Source: Octopus vulgaris (taxonomy: Eukaryota). From it: a DNA stretch of 64,000 nucleotides. Positions 27,252 to 41,258 of the stretch are shown in pieces. Under the pieces are notes generated by a model. It ran no database searches, was not told the DNA's origin, and was given only the letters and a program-made list of their open reading frames with translations. Position numbers and translations under genes: made by a program. Position 1 is the first letter of the stretch. Each line of letters starts with the position of its first letter. The stretch lies in contig OX597821.1 in the NCBI GenBank assembly GCA_951406725.2, positions 115,816,001 to 115,880,000 of the forward strand, written 5' to 3'.

Positions 27252-28263
27252 TTAATATTTAGCATACATGACCTTTGCATTTTTCAATGCAAAGACCATA
27301 TTAGGCATCAGATGACGAATATTCTCTTGCGGAATTTCTTGCCAAGTTTCATGCAGAAATCTCAAAAGATCTGGCTTTGAAGATGCTTTCTTGTTCTTTT
27401 TATGAAGTACCGTGTCTATTATGCCCCAGAGGTGTTCAGTAGGATTCATATCTGGTGACTGACTTGGCCACGGAAGCTTTTTAAGGCTATTCTCATCCAA
27501 CAAATCTTGGGTCATTTTAGCTATGTGACAAGGAGCCCCAGCTACCATAAATAAAGAGCCTTCTTTAATCATTACACCACTGGAGAAGATTGGAAGGAGA
27601 ACTTTCTGCAATATGGACACATATCTATCCGTGTTTATGCTTCCCTCCCACTCCACCAACTCTGATCAATCTTTGCCCCAAATTGTTCCCTAGACCATTA
27701 CAGAATAGCTGCCGTGTTTCATTGTTGGCTGCAATCTTTTCACATCAAATTCTTGATCACAGAGTCTCCAGACCCACACTCGATAACTGTTAGGAAATAC
27801 TACAAATCTGAACTAGTCAGAGAATATGACAGTGTCCCAAAATGGTAGTGGCTTCTCCACCATCTCACTGGTCCAATCTTTTCTCTGCTTGATGTCGGAT
27901 GGTCGAAGAAGCGGCTTCCTTTTTGCTGCTCTGCCACAGCAACCAAGTTTGTGGAGATACCTGACAGTTGTTCCGAGACTGACATCAACTTGTTCTGCTG
28001 TGTGAGAGGCCTTGCAACGAGGATTATCCTCCACACTTCTCTTAACAAATAGAAGGGTCTTGTCAGAAGGCTCTGGTTTATCTAGGAGAGGTGATGTGAA
28101 CTCCTTCCCCTCTCTGGTGAATTGCACAATCACTATTAACTGTAGAAAGCGATATCCCAAGTTCTTCTGCAATTTTACGCTGTCTATGTCCACCTTCAGA
28201 ATGACCCACAATACAGCCTCTTTGAAATTCAGACAGTTCCAAGGCTTCTTTTGCACATGGCAT
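27252..28263 (-). pseudogene. Frameshifted Tc1-like (DD34E) transposase
   Basis: ELSEFQRGCIVG...RKIAEELGISLSTV (paired HTH), AAKRKPLL...WDTVIFSD, WPSQSPDMNPTEHLW. Confidence 0.93.
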
Positions 28264-29146
28264 GATTAAACAGCGACATATAGAACCTGAAACATATAAA
28301 TGTCGATTAGTAAAAGATATAAATCTTTACAAGTTAGAATGAACATAAAACAATGGGGTATCTACTTATCTCTGTCGTGTCTGTGTATACGTGTGTGTGT
28401 ATGTGTGTGTGTGTGTGTATGTGTGTGTGTGTATGTGTGTGTGTGTATGTGTGTGTGTGTGTGTGTGTGTATGTGTGTGTCTGCCATTCAGCTGTTGCCA
28501 AGACGTTGTTGAATGTTATTTTCGACTTCTGCATGTCGGCCTAGCCGAAACTGGCCATTTTCCGTATCAACTTCCTTGCAGGTTAGGTCCGACTGTTTAC
28601 TGGTGACGAGGCAAAATAGACCGAAACGTATGATTATTGCGTGCAAAAATCAGATTCTCATCTCGTTAGACTCGAGAGATTTACTCTTGAAAAATTTATT
28701 CGTAATTATTTGAGATTATTTCCCCTTAACATTGAGAATCGCTAATAATGGTTGTTAGGTTTTGTTTTCTGCTTCCAACTCGGATAGAAATTTCAATAAA
28801 TTGGAAATTTATTGCGTGCGGCATACAATAAACTACTCATTAATTTACACACACACATACATACATACATACATACACATACACACACACACACAGAGTA
28901 GACTTACGAGTGTTTCGGCCGTTTTGGGATGTGTGTATGAGAGGCCGGCTACTGATGAAAACTTTATACACAATCAGAATCGGATGATTCATCTGCGGAG
29001 CTAACGTGCGAATATTGCAGTATGGATATATGAAGAGCGACCTTCTTCTTAGTGTTTTATTGAAGTTTTAAAAAAAACTTAAACTTTTACTTAGTGTATG
29101 TGTGTGTGTGCTCGCTTATGTGTGTGTATGTGTGTGTGTGTGTGCA

Positions 29147-29762
<616 letters not shown>

Positions 29763-29830
29763 AAGAATTTTTTGCGTAATAAGATAAAAAACCAAGCCTG
29801 TATAGATATTAGAGCATTTATAGATAGAAG

Positions 29831-29882
29831 GTCTTACAGCTGTTTCTAGGATATTTATTAATTATATCCCTTCATCGGAGAC
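29831..29882 (-). ncRNA. Type I hammerhead ribozyme motif (U4C variant)
   Basis: Minus strand GTCT-CCGATGA-A-GGGATAT...ATATCCT-A-GAAA-CAGCTG-TA-AGAC. Confidence 0.75.
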
Positions 29883-32800
29883 GGTGTGACAGGATAGTTA
29901 AGTCATAGTTTTTATGTACATAATTAAGGAATTTAGATTAATCCTTATTGATTTGTAAATCATTCAGTCCTCAAAACCGGTGTCCCGACATGTACGCTCA
30001 TATTTGTATGCATTAAAGTTACGTTTGTATTTTCGTATAATGTCGGCCATATATATATGGCACGTGCAGTACAACATTGTACACAAGCATACATAGGGAT
30101 TTGTACATGTATAAATATCTAAATATGCCTTTCATTAAAATTTATGCGTATTTATAATTATTTATATGATTCAGGTATAACACCAGTTAAATAACTGTAG
30201 ATACATCCACAATCCTTACTCTGCATGTACTTTAAAGTGGAATATTATTGTTTTTGTATTGAAATGACTTTCTCAAAATGGCTGTCGCATTCGAAGAATC
30301 TGTCCAAAAATTAACCGGCTGTTAATGACTTGGCTATAGACTGGTATATCTTTTTAGTCCATTGAATGTAGATACCTTAAAAGTTTGCATTAAGTTGGCT
30401 ATTTGGTTATATAACTATTTTTGCCTTCGGATTTTTATTATGCAAGAAACTTTTGCTGACAGATGTTTTGTTTTTCTAAATTCAAGGTTCTTATGAAGAT
30501 GTTAGTGATTGGTGCTTATGTATATAACGAAATATCAGTTTTCATTCTCTTAATAAATGAATATATTTTATCTTTAGTTCTGTATTTCGTTATAGTTTCC
30601 AGGGGAAACATTCGCACTACAGCTGCTTTGTATTTCTTACTCGGAAACAATGGTGGTAAATGAACGAACTTCCGACTCGTAAACCAAATACGAATATGTT
30701 GTTCCTACAGATTTAGTTTGTCATTTTATTCACCGAAATTTAAATTAAAATAACTGAGGAAACAGTTCGTTCCCAACCAACCAGGTTGTAGCTACATGAT
30801 ATTACTGAACCTTTTGGGAAAAGCAGGCAAATTTTCATCAGATCACACCCTATTATATTAAAAAAAACAGAAAGGTACAGATTTGGATAAAGTAATCTTG
30901 AAAAACCCTACAAATCAATGGGTTGGTCACAAGTGAAATGCCTTCGAAGGAAACAACAACATCAAATATTTTAATTTGGTTTATTGCTCAGTTTTTTCGC
31001 CTTGTTTCTAAGAATAGCAGGAGTCTGGAAGAATTGGTACAACGCTGGACTAAAGTGTCTTCCGATAATCTATTTGCATCAATATGTACAAATTTTGAGT
31101 TTGAATTCTGCCAGGAATGATTTGTCTTTTGGGGCTTGATAAAATAATTATGTTTGCTTTTAAACTGAGAAAAGGATAAAATACTCAATGCTTCGTGTCT
31201 CATTTTGTTGATATCAGTTAGACTTTGGGTAGAACTGTCTTCTCATGAGCACCAATAAAATAATTATCTATAAGATACAAGAGCGGATTAAATCAAGTAT
31301 TTCTTCTTAAAAAGAAAATGTTTCTTGTGACGAGTGGTTCCTGTCAACAGGAACAGTTTATAACTCCATTCTTGCGTTGTTTTAATTTAATAGACGTGCG
31401 TCACAGCCACAGTACCTCTTGCAAACACAGGCTAAAGCTGTACGAGGGACGGGTGCAAGTAATATCTCTATATATTAATAGAGTACTTGTTTTAGTAAAT
31501 GCTAAAGAATAGAATGGATTTGCTCCACTGCCTGCTGAATTATCTTTCAATTTGAAGATATTAAATTCTGAACATTTTCCCCCAACCCCAAATATCAGAA
31601 GAGGGTTGATACTTGATATATTTGGCTTGATACTTAACATTTGCAGCATATTAACTAAGTCTTTAGCGTGAATAGTTCAAGTGAGGGGTTTGATATCAAG
31701 AAACGTATCAACATATAATATCAGCAACTGTTATGTCTATATGATGTTTTTTTAAAATTTATTTATACCTGCTAAGCCTTGTTCACGTTTGATATCATTT
31801 TGTGGTGATGCTATTTGTAGAATGATCCCATTTTGTAGTGATTATAAATTTTCACATACAATTATTTTATTGTCATGGCTGATATAGAATTTACAAGGAA
31901 TATTATAAAATAATGTTCTTCTGGGAGTATATAACAACAATATAAGGGATAATTCATGAGATTATATAGACCAGAGATATTTAAGTTAGCGGAATGTAGG
32001 TGAAGTAAACTGAATTAAACCGGAAATCAAAATCAAATCGGGAACTTGGTTCAAATTAGCAAACTTAATATTTGGTTTTAGAAATGTGTGGTTAAAATAT
32101 TGATGTCTAAGTGAAGTTTTTGATATCAAGCTATGCACTTGAAAATGCGTATATGATATCAAGTAATGTGTATTTACACTTGATAGACTTACTATCATAT
32201 TGTTGTGATATTATTTGTCTTCTGATACTTTATAGCCATTAGACATGTTCACATATATCATTTTAGATTCACATTTGCAAGGAAGTGTATATTGTTAATT
32301 GTGTTATCCCTCTCTTATGGTTGGTATTTATTTTACGAATATTATAAGATCTTATGTGAAAATTCATTGCAATTTTAGTCAAGTCACAACCCGACACTAT
32401 ATTTATAACTTTAGCACATGTCACAGCATTAAGGAAACCCTATAGCCATGACGACTGCAAAGTAAGTCCTGGTGGTATTTCTTCCGCTATTCTACCATTT
32501 CTCCTGCCACCCTTCTCTTGTTCCGTTCTCCAAACATTGATTTTTAATATAGACACAAGACAATAACTCCAGTTCTTGACTGGAAGTTATGTTATCGACA
32601 CTGAAAGGATGAAATATCAAAAACAAGGCCAACATCAATGGGAATGGGACGTAAACGAATGTTATTAGATACAGTTTGGCATTTTACCCTTCGCCCTACA
32701 GTTTTTAGCTAGTCCATCACTTTCCTTGCTTAATATTCCAACAATTAAGAAACCATAGAAGATCAAAGTTTAGGTTTTTGTGTTTTTAAATTTCTTTTCT

Positions 32801-32923
32801 ATTTCGTCACTAGATGACGGAAATAACCAGTCATTGATAGAATTATATAATGAAACATTCGTTTTTATCATATCGTCTTTTCTTATGTATAATGCTTCAA
32901 GTGACAAAACTAGGCAGAGTATT

Positions 32924-32966
<43 letters not shown>

Positions 32967-33615
32967 TAAAGAGAGAAGAGAGAGAAGGAAAGGGAGAAGG
33001 AAAGGGAGAAGGAAAGGGAGAAGGAGAGGAAGAAGAGAGAGAGAGAAGGAGAGGGAGAAGAGAGAGAATGAGAGTGAGAGGAGACAGAAGGAGAGAGAGA
33101 GAATGAGAGGGAGAAGAGAGTGAGACGGAGACGGAGATGGAGAGAGGGAGAGTGCATTGAGAAAGAAAGAGAAAACCAGAAGAAGATGCGTGTGAAGAAT
33201 AAGTTTGAGTAAGAAAAGTGGATGTGCAGTTGGCTGCCATCTTGACAGAAGGGAATCAGTGGTTATAAAATAAATATGGCGTTAAAAGGTTTCCGTTTGT
33301 TTTATTCTTTATCTTCAAGGAAGACAAGATAAATAGACAAAAGATGCAGTTGCTATAATCACACAGCAATTTGTGTGTTGCCAGTGAGTTGGGTTTTTTT
33401 TTCCTATCAACTGTTCGCCCTCTTTTTTTAATTTCAGACCTCTTTTGGTGCTAAGCAAGAACTATTCACTTCCATTTTTGTTTGTTTATTATAAACATAA
33501 AAAAAAAAGGTGGGGGCGTGGTCAACATTACTGAGCAACTCCCCCTGACTTTAATGATCAAATTCAAAATGACGAGGATTGCTGGACGCAAAATTAAAAA
33601 AACAACAACTCTGAT

Positions 33616-33719
33616 TTAGGCACAAGCCCCGTAGATTTGATGGGGTAAGGCTACTCCTTACTATTGGCCCCAGTATGTGACTGATGTTATCGATCTCTCG
33701 AGGGATGAAAGGCAAATCG

Positions 33720-33762
<43 letters not shown>

Positions 33763-33978
33763 TAATCCTTTCTATTATGGGCACAAGGCCTGAAATTTTG
33801 GGGAGGGGCATAGTCGATTACATCGACTCTAGTACTCAACTGCTACTTAATTTATCGACCCCGAAAGGATGAAAGGCAAAGTCAACCTCGGGTGGAATTT
33901 GAACTCAGAACGTAGTGACGAGCGAAATCTCGCTAAGCATTTCGAACCAGCGTGCTAACGATTCAGCCAGTTCGCCGT
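33616..33978 (-). mobile_element. Family A SINE plus partial duplicated 3' end, flanked by (TAA)n
   Basis: CGACCCCGAAAGGATGAAAGGCAAAGTCAACCTCGG. Confidence 0.85.
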
Positions 33979-33995
33979 CTTCAATAACAATAATG

Positions 33996-34034
<39 letters not shown>

Positions 34035-34074
34035 TTAATAATAATAATAATGATGATGATGATGATGATGATGT

Positions 34075-34159
<85 letters not shown>

Positions 34160-34643
34160 CCTTTCTATTATAGGCACAAGACCTTCAGTAGAATAATAAT
34201 AACAGTGATAATGATTAATTTTATTGCTTTTTTTTTTAATAATAAGAATAAAGTAAAGAATTGAAAAGGTATGAAATATTTCCCAAAAATATTGCAAAAA
34301 CACAGCCAAGATACTCGCAAATGTATGAAATAATGGACATTCTACGGGCCTGTTACGATGACAATGTCTCCTTCAGTGTCTTTACTGCTATAAAAAACGG
34401 AAAAATATTCATGCATTTCTCGAGACGGACATTGATCTTCGTTGCACACACACATTTGGATTTGTAACTCAAAATAATTGTAAGAAAAGTTCTCGCATAA
34501 GAATTTTTTTCTTAGAATTGGATGGCATCCATTGCGGTATATGATTTTGAGTTAAAAAGTATGTATGTATGTATGTATGTATGTATATATATGTGTGTAT
34601 GCATGTATGTATGTATGTATGTATGTATGTATGCATGTATGTA

Positions 34644-34734
<91 letters not shown>

Positions 34735-34736
34735 TT

Positions 34737-34953
34737 GCGTGTGTCTGTATCTGTGTTTTTCTCCCATCACAGCTTGATAACTGGTGCTGGCATGTTTACG
34801 TCTCCGTAACTTAGCAGTTCGGCAAAACAGACCGACAGAATAAGAACTAGGTTAAGAAAAAAGTCCTGATCTCGATTTGTTCGACCAATATCCGTCAAGG
34901 CAGTACTCCAGCGTGGCCGCTGTCTGAAACATGTAAAAGATAAAAGATAAAAG
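34737..34953 (+). mobile_element. Family B SINE 3' half
   Basis: CCGTAACTTAGCAGTTCGGCAAAA...CTGAAACATGTAAAAG. Confidence 0.8.
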
Positions 34954-35566
34954 ATACATGTATGTATGTATGTATGTATGTATGTATGTTCGTATGTATG
35001 TATGTTCGTATGTATGTATGTATGTATGTATGTATGTATGTATGTATGTATGTATGTGTGCGTGTATGTGTATGTATTTGTGTGAGTATGTATGTGTGTG
35101 TGTGCGCGCGCACGCACTTAGCAATTTATGAACAAGTATAAGTCTCTTACCCTATGTAGACAATCTTGTCATACTCAGGCTGTTCGTGGCTTTTTCATAA
35201 CTTTTCTGTCGGGGATGCTTCAAGTCTTCCATAATAAACAGTTATTGCTTTTGAATTTGGTTTTATTTGAAGTAAATTTAAAGCAGATGTCTGCATTCAG
35301 TTGCCTGATGAACGGCAACGAAATTCAGTTTTGAATAAATGCTTTTTTCAAATCAGTTAAATGCTTCATCGCATTTCACACTGTTCAGAGTCCACATCGT
35401 TTTCTCTGTATCTCTTTTTCCTATATAGACACATATGCATGTGTTTGTATATATACATATATACCGGAGTAAGCACATAAATGTGAAACAAGGTGGAAAA
35501 AAGAGTACTCAAATAGCAGAGGTAGAGTATTATGCTTTATTTAAAAGCAGCAGAAATATATCAAAA

Positions 35567-35604
35567 CTGTCCGACGAACGGGTGCGTGAAACTCCGAGTA
35601 ACAG
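35567..35604 (+). ncRNA. Compact type I hammerhead motif (U4C) on a ~40-bp extended stem I (35531-35641)
   Basis: CTGT-CCGACGA-ACG-GGTG-CGT-GAAA-CTCCGAG-TA-ACAG. Confidence 0.75.
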
Positions 35605-36239
35605 CTTTTGTTATATTTCTGATGCTTTTAAATAAAGTATATATAATGTGTGTGTGTGTGTGTATATATACTCACACACACATATACACACTGATCAATA
35701 TCATCCTTAGAAGCAGTCTGAGTGTGGTCTGCACCTGGAAAGTTCCTTATAAAAGAACAGACGCAGGTAATATAACCTGGTAGAAGACCGATAGTTACTG
35801 CATGCAAGTGTACTCCCTTGATGCGAGCGATATTGTATTTGTGTAGCCGACAGAAAACAGAGAGCCGTATTAGATACTGCAAAACCCTAAAAATTAACTC
35901 TCTAACAATTCCACCAACACCCAGCCCAAGATTGCTCCTTTATTAATCAATCATGAAAGAATGAAAGACGCAGTTGACCTTGATAAGATTAGAGAGTCGG
36001 ATTAAATATCTCCAGGCATTATATCCTACTTATATATATATTTACATACACATACACTACCATTCTTCAAACAGTTGTGTGAGGTTTGGTGGCAACGGAG
36101 AAAAAGCATCAGGGAGGATATCTTCTATGTTATAGTTTATCATCATTAACATCCACTTCAAGGGTGAATTGTTTGGTGTTTATTGAGCATCATCTCTTTA
36201 TACAGCTTAGCGAAGGAACTGTAATTTTTATGCTACGTT

Positions 36240-36658
36240 TATAGTTAAGTTAATTTTTTGGCTCAAAAAGCAAGAAGCAAGACCATGTAGGGGGACATGG
36301 AGTTATGTACAGGGAGGGTGTTCATGCAAAGAGTTCAGGCCATTTCTGGTCAAGAGAGTCTTTGAACCGAGCGGTCGTCGGCATCTTCACTATCTCGTCC
36401 GGCAGCTTATTCCACGGATCAGCAACCCGGACAGAGAAAGCCCCTCTCCTTCAATTGAGATGAAATCGTCGCAGATAGAGCTTTTCGGAGTGACCCCGCA
36501 GCCGACGCTCTGGAGCAGGAGTGAAGAACAGCTCTTTTGGGATGTTACACTTTCCGCTTATGATGTTGTGAGCAAGAATGAGATCACCACAGCGTCGTCG
36601 TTTTTCTAGAGAATAAAGGTCGAGCTTCTTCAGCCTTTCGTCATAAGGCAAATGCTTA
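36240..36658 (-). mobile_element. 5'-truncated CR1-clade LINE
   Basis: LPYDERLKKLDLYSLEKRRRCGDLI...LRGHSEKL...FSVRVADPWNKLP followed by a short 3' UTR. Confidence 0.9.
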
Positions 36659-37052
36659 TGATTAGAGTTGCTATCAGCAAAAACGTACTGAGCTTCCTTC
36701 ATAATTGCTAATCCTTTAGAATCTTTACAGTCAGTTATAACAGTTTGACAGCACCAACTTCCCATTAAACTTTCTCCATCAACCACGTCATCCTGTATGA
36801 TTTCTTCAAACCGTAATCATTATCTTCTCGAATATGTTGTAGATTTTGTTTTGCTTGTGGAAAACTTGGAAAGTCACAGATACAGACTGATCATACACTT
36901 CTGTAAGCACCATTCAAAGCTACGAACTTCACTTCATCTCATGACTCAGAAGTCTCTAACTCTAATTTATCCTTCCTGTCAATTGCTGTCATTAGTTGTT
37001 TGAAAGTTATACTTACATAATATGCCATCACACGTCGATCCATTGGCTAAAG

Positions 37053-37235
37053 CAGTGGTTCCAACCTGGGGTCCACAAAGGTAGTATTGGGTGTCCGTAA
37101 ACTAAATTCAAAATTTCATATATACACACACACATAAGGATAAGCATATGAAAAGGGGTCTGTGGGAAAACTCATTTAAATAAAATGGTTGGGAAATACT
37201 GTTGGGAACCGCTGTGAAAAGGTTGGGAACCACTG
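37053..37235. mobile_element. hAT (Charlie-like) MITE
   Basis: TIR CAGTGGTTCC(C)AACC / GGTTGGGAACCACTG; 8-bp TSD GGCTAAAG / GGCTAGAG. Confidence 0.85.
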
Positions 37236-38063
37236 GGCTAGAGCAAAGAAGTTGTATTCTTGGGAATATATTTCACTCTCACTTTACCAGAAAACTCATT
37301 TAAGTTAACTGGGTGGTTTGTTGCAAAGCCAAAAAGGAGCGATACATTGTTGCAAATAACATCTCCGGTATTGTACTTTTCAACTGCAGGACAAAAAATT
37401 GTTTGTAAACCACTCTTAAACCTTTTTATTTGAATGCCAAATCGGAAGTATATTGCGTAAACTCTCAGAGTGATACACAAGCAAAAGGTTTTAATTCTGT
37501 TTTATCAGCGGTATTTTCTCCAAGAAGATGCATCATTTTTGGAAACTTTAAATCCTGTTGATTTTTCTTTTTGAGAAATAAAAGCATTAGGAGGTATGAT
37601 ATTCCGGCAAAGTGTAATTTTATCAGCATTGTGTATTTGCTCGGGTGTGTAAGCCCTTTTAGCGATATTTTTTTCTTTCAGCTATTCAGTATTATTAAGA
37701 GCAGCCTCGTCATTCTATTATGCAAATTCATTCGCCATTTAAATCTTCCAAACCAGCCTTTACTAGCCAGAAAAGGTTTTTCATTACAAGTTACCCGCTT
37801 CTTTTTCTGCAAATCGTCATACAAACTTTTGATTGTTTTCTTTAATTACCAATGTGTTTATCGTCACATTATGTCGAGTCTGATCTTCCATTCTTATACC
37901 CAAGAGTCGTCATATTAAACATTACATTGGATTTATGAAAAAATAAGGTCCGAGTAGTTAACGGAGAACATGTATTATTCCCATTTGTAAACGTTTGAAG
38001 CATTTACATTTTCTCTCACATCAGACCCTTTTAAAACATCAAGTTTAACATCCAATATAGTAC

Positions 38064-38215
38064 TTTTACTGTCTCTTTTAATTTCCGTCTACCAAATCCA
38101 CTCACGGCCCGAGGCTATAGTAGAAGACACTTGCCAAAGGTGCCATGCAGTGGGACTGAACCTGGAACCACGTGGTTGGGAAGCAAGCTTCTTACCACAC
38201 AGCCACTTCTGCGCC
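38064..38215 (-). mobile_element. Family B SINE 5' part
   Basis: GAGGCTATAGTAGAAGACACTTGCC...CTTACCACACAGCCAC. Confidence 0.85.
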
Positions 38216-38479
38216 AACACACACACACACACACACTGTGTCTTATACACTCTCATATAACGTAAAAAATAAGAAAACCAATATGTTATAGTGAGTGGAG
38301 TGGAACTGGAAACTGAGCTTAGGTTTCAACTTCAAAACGAAGCTGGTCCTCTGTGGATCACATCCCTACTCCTCAACATAGTCACTATTTCTCTCAATAG
38401 CAACGTTCCACCTTCAAATGGGAACATGTATCCCTGCCCTGTAAAATTCTGTTGACTGTTCTTTGAGCCACTTCTTCAC

Positions 38480-38691
38480 TACCTCCACACTAACCAGATT
38501 TAGCGCCTTCAGACTATCATCTCTTCGGCGCCACGAAAGAAGGTTTGAGAGGCAAACATTATTCCAGTGACGAGGAAGTGAAAACTGTAGTGAAGAAGTG
38601 GCTCAAAGAACAGTCAACAGAATTTTACAGGGCAGGGATACATGCTCTCATTCGAAGGTGGAACATTGCTATTGAGAGAAGCGGTGACTAT
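38480..38691 (+). mobile_element. Mariner transposase C-terminal remnant
   Basis: PDLAPSDYHLFGATKEGLRGKHYSSDEEVK...GIHALIRRWNIAIERSGDY. Confidence 0.9.
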
Positions 38692-38711
38692 ATATATATT
38701 TATATATATAT

Positions 38712-39612
38712 ATGATAATACTTCTTATTATTCTTCTTCAAATTATGTATATGGGATGTAAGTGTTATTGAATTACAATATTTATCATGTGATCTATATC
38801 TAGCCTTAAAATCTACCGTGCTACCTATATAAGATTTATTTAATTTATCTTCGTCCTTGACTGCACATTTACATATGACGTTAGTAACTAGACAGGAACC
38901 ATCTAAGGGACATAATTCGAGGTTTCTACAATTACATTTCTTCCCGGGGCCTTTCCTAGTTTTATTTCTATTGTTACCTTTACATTTTGTATCATCAATT
39001 CTAGACAGGTTTCCCTCTTTGATTCCATCAAATCTTCCCTTTTTACATGGGTTCGATAGACCCGGTGAAGGCAGACTGTTTGTACCATTGGCATTAGGCG
39101 TTACAGAATTATTATTCGCAGGTACTTGGTCATCCTCAAAAGAACTTTTCCAGCTATCCCACCCAGCAAGCTTGCTTCAATTGATTGATGCAATAATCGA
39201 AGCAAAGTTAGGCATTACAGAGTAAGAGAACTTGATCGTTGACTTGTTGCAAATACTATAGTATTTATGATTCCTTGGGAAGTTCTCCTTCAGAATTCTA
39301 AAATGCATTTTTGGTAAGTTCCTTACTCTAAGGGAGAAAGGGGGAGCAAACTAAACAACTTCCCTTATTCTAGACCGTGAACCTCCCGTTTTGTTTAACT
39401 CCTTGCCAAGATTATTAATTTTCTTATACCTGTACTCAATATCATGTTGGAAGCAGGATTTCATCTCATAATTCATCAGTTGGTAATCTAAGGTGTTCCT
39501 ATCACAAGATACCGACACTTTCATTACCCAATCTGGGTAATTATAATTTCATCTATATCTATAAATGATGTAAAAACAGGGATTAGATTTTCCTGTTTTG
39601 AAAGTTCAAAGG
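38712..39612 (-). pseudogene. Penelope-like element (Naiad-type) RT thumb, linker and GIY-YIG endonuclease remnant
   Basis: One frame with a few stops: VV*FAPPFS...FPRNHKYYSICNKSTIKFSYSVMPN...CNCRNLELCPLDGSCLVTNVICK...SYIGSTVDFKARYRSH; bounded by (TA)n on both sides. Confidence 0.88.
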
Positions 39613-39630
39613 TATATATATATATATATA

Positions 39631-39882
<252 letters not shown>

Positions 39883-40037
39883 AAGATTTAGTTGAATTAG
39901 GTACCAAGCAGTTCGGTATAGTCCCCGCAGCTCGAAGTTAAGTGAATAAAAAACAGATAAGTAACCTGGTCATCCTTGTTACTTATTTGCTCTCTCTCTC
40001 TCTGTATATAGAGAGACTTAGTAATTTTAATATTTCT

Positions 40038-40111
<74 letters not shown>

Positions 40112-40225
40112 ATTGAGATTCAGTTGAATTAAGTACTTAAGTTGAAGTATCTAGCCAGTTCGGTATTATCCGCACAGCTGGAAGTAAGGTGAATAAAATC
40201 AAATAAGCATCAGAATATCAAATGA

Positions 40226-40449
40226 TGATGCAGTACGACCATTGCAAGCGAATCCATTTAATTGAACAATGCAATCATTACATCAATTTAAATGCAGTGC
40301 CATCTTCAGATGCACAATCAAATAAATAGAATTTTAACCAGTAGGACATATTAAAATTCTATTTATATATTTGTGCAGCTGATTTAAATTGATGTAAAGA
40401 TTGCATTGTTCAATTAAATAGACTCACTTGAAACGGTCGTACTGCATCA
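40226..40449. repeat. Fold-back inverted repeat with two partially decayed hammerhead copies
   Basis: Right arm TGCAG-CTGAT...GAAA-CGGTCG-TA-CTGCA; left arm (minus) retains CTGAAGA. Confidence 0.75.
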
Positions 40450-40469
40450 CTACTTGATATCCTGTTGCC

Positions 40470-40543
<74 letters not shown>

Positions 40544-41121
40544 GTGAAAAATGGCTGTGCTAATCTCCTGAAGAGACATCTTGCAAATTTTAAGTACCAT
40601 ATGTATGCATGTTTTATCCTGTTTTTAATTATTTAAATTCTTCCTATGACGGAGTTGGTTTCTAACAAAGAATCAAAATTCCATCTTTTGAATATAGATA
40701 ACAAAGACAATGTCATATTTCAAACTTAAGAAAAATCTTGTATATTTTAACTGTTCCGCTTACACATTGTATTTCTAAAGTGCGAGTTAATTGCTTGATT
40801 TTTTTTTCCGAAACCACTAGCTTATCCAGACTGTCGCTTTGGCATTTAATAACAAAATCAAGTGCACCAACTATTATTACTATAAATGCGAATTTATAAT
40901 CTGGTTATAGGTTTCGAAGCAGTTATCCATAGCTATTCTCATTATCTTTACTTCTCAGAGATATTCCCTTCAGCAGTACAACTAACTGCTATGACGGTAC
41001 ATACTTTCTCTTATCTGTCCCAAATAATAATGTCCTGCCTGTTATGTTTACACTTGACAGAAGTTTTGATGGGAATGTTCCACCAGTATTTCTTGTGTTA
41101 ATGCTTGTGTCTGTTTGCTTG

Positions 41122-41223
<102 letters not shown>

Positions 41224-41224
41224 G

Positions 41225-41258
<34 letters not shown>

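Larger units (their letters stand above)
36150..38050 (-). mobile_element. Decayed Tigger-like (pogo) transposase interrupted by two younger insertions
   Basis: KSLYDDL...FLASKGWFGRFK..NLHN (CENP-B HTH), YTPEQIHNAD, VKYIPKNTTSLL*PMDRRV (DDE region). Confidence 0.8.

Noticed and set aside
35300-35342. CTGATGA...GAAA...ATA motif
   Set aside because: No adjacent stem I or stem II; competing GTTGCC/GGCAAC pairing
39177-39179. In-frame TGA in the Naiad remnant as selenocysteine
   Set aside because: Not at a conserved Cys position, the copy has other stops, and CGA-to-TGA decay is simpler
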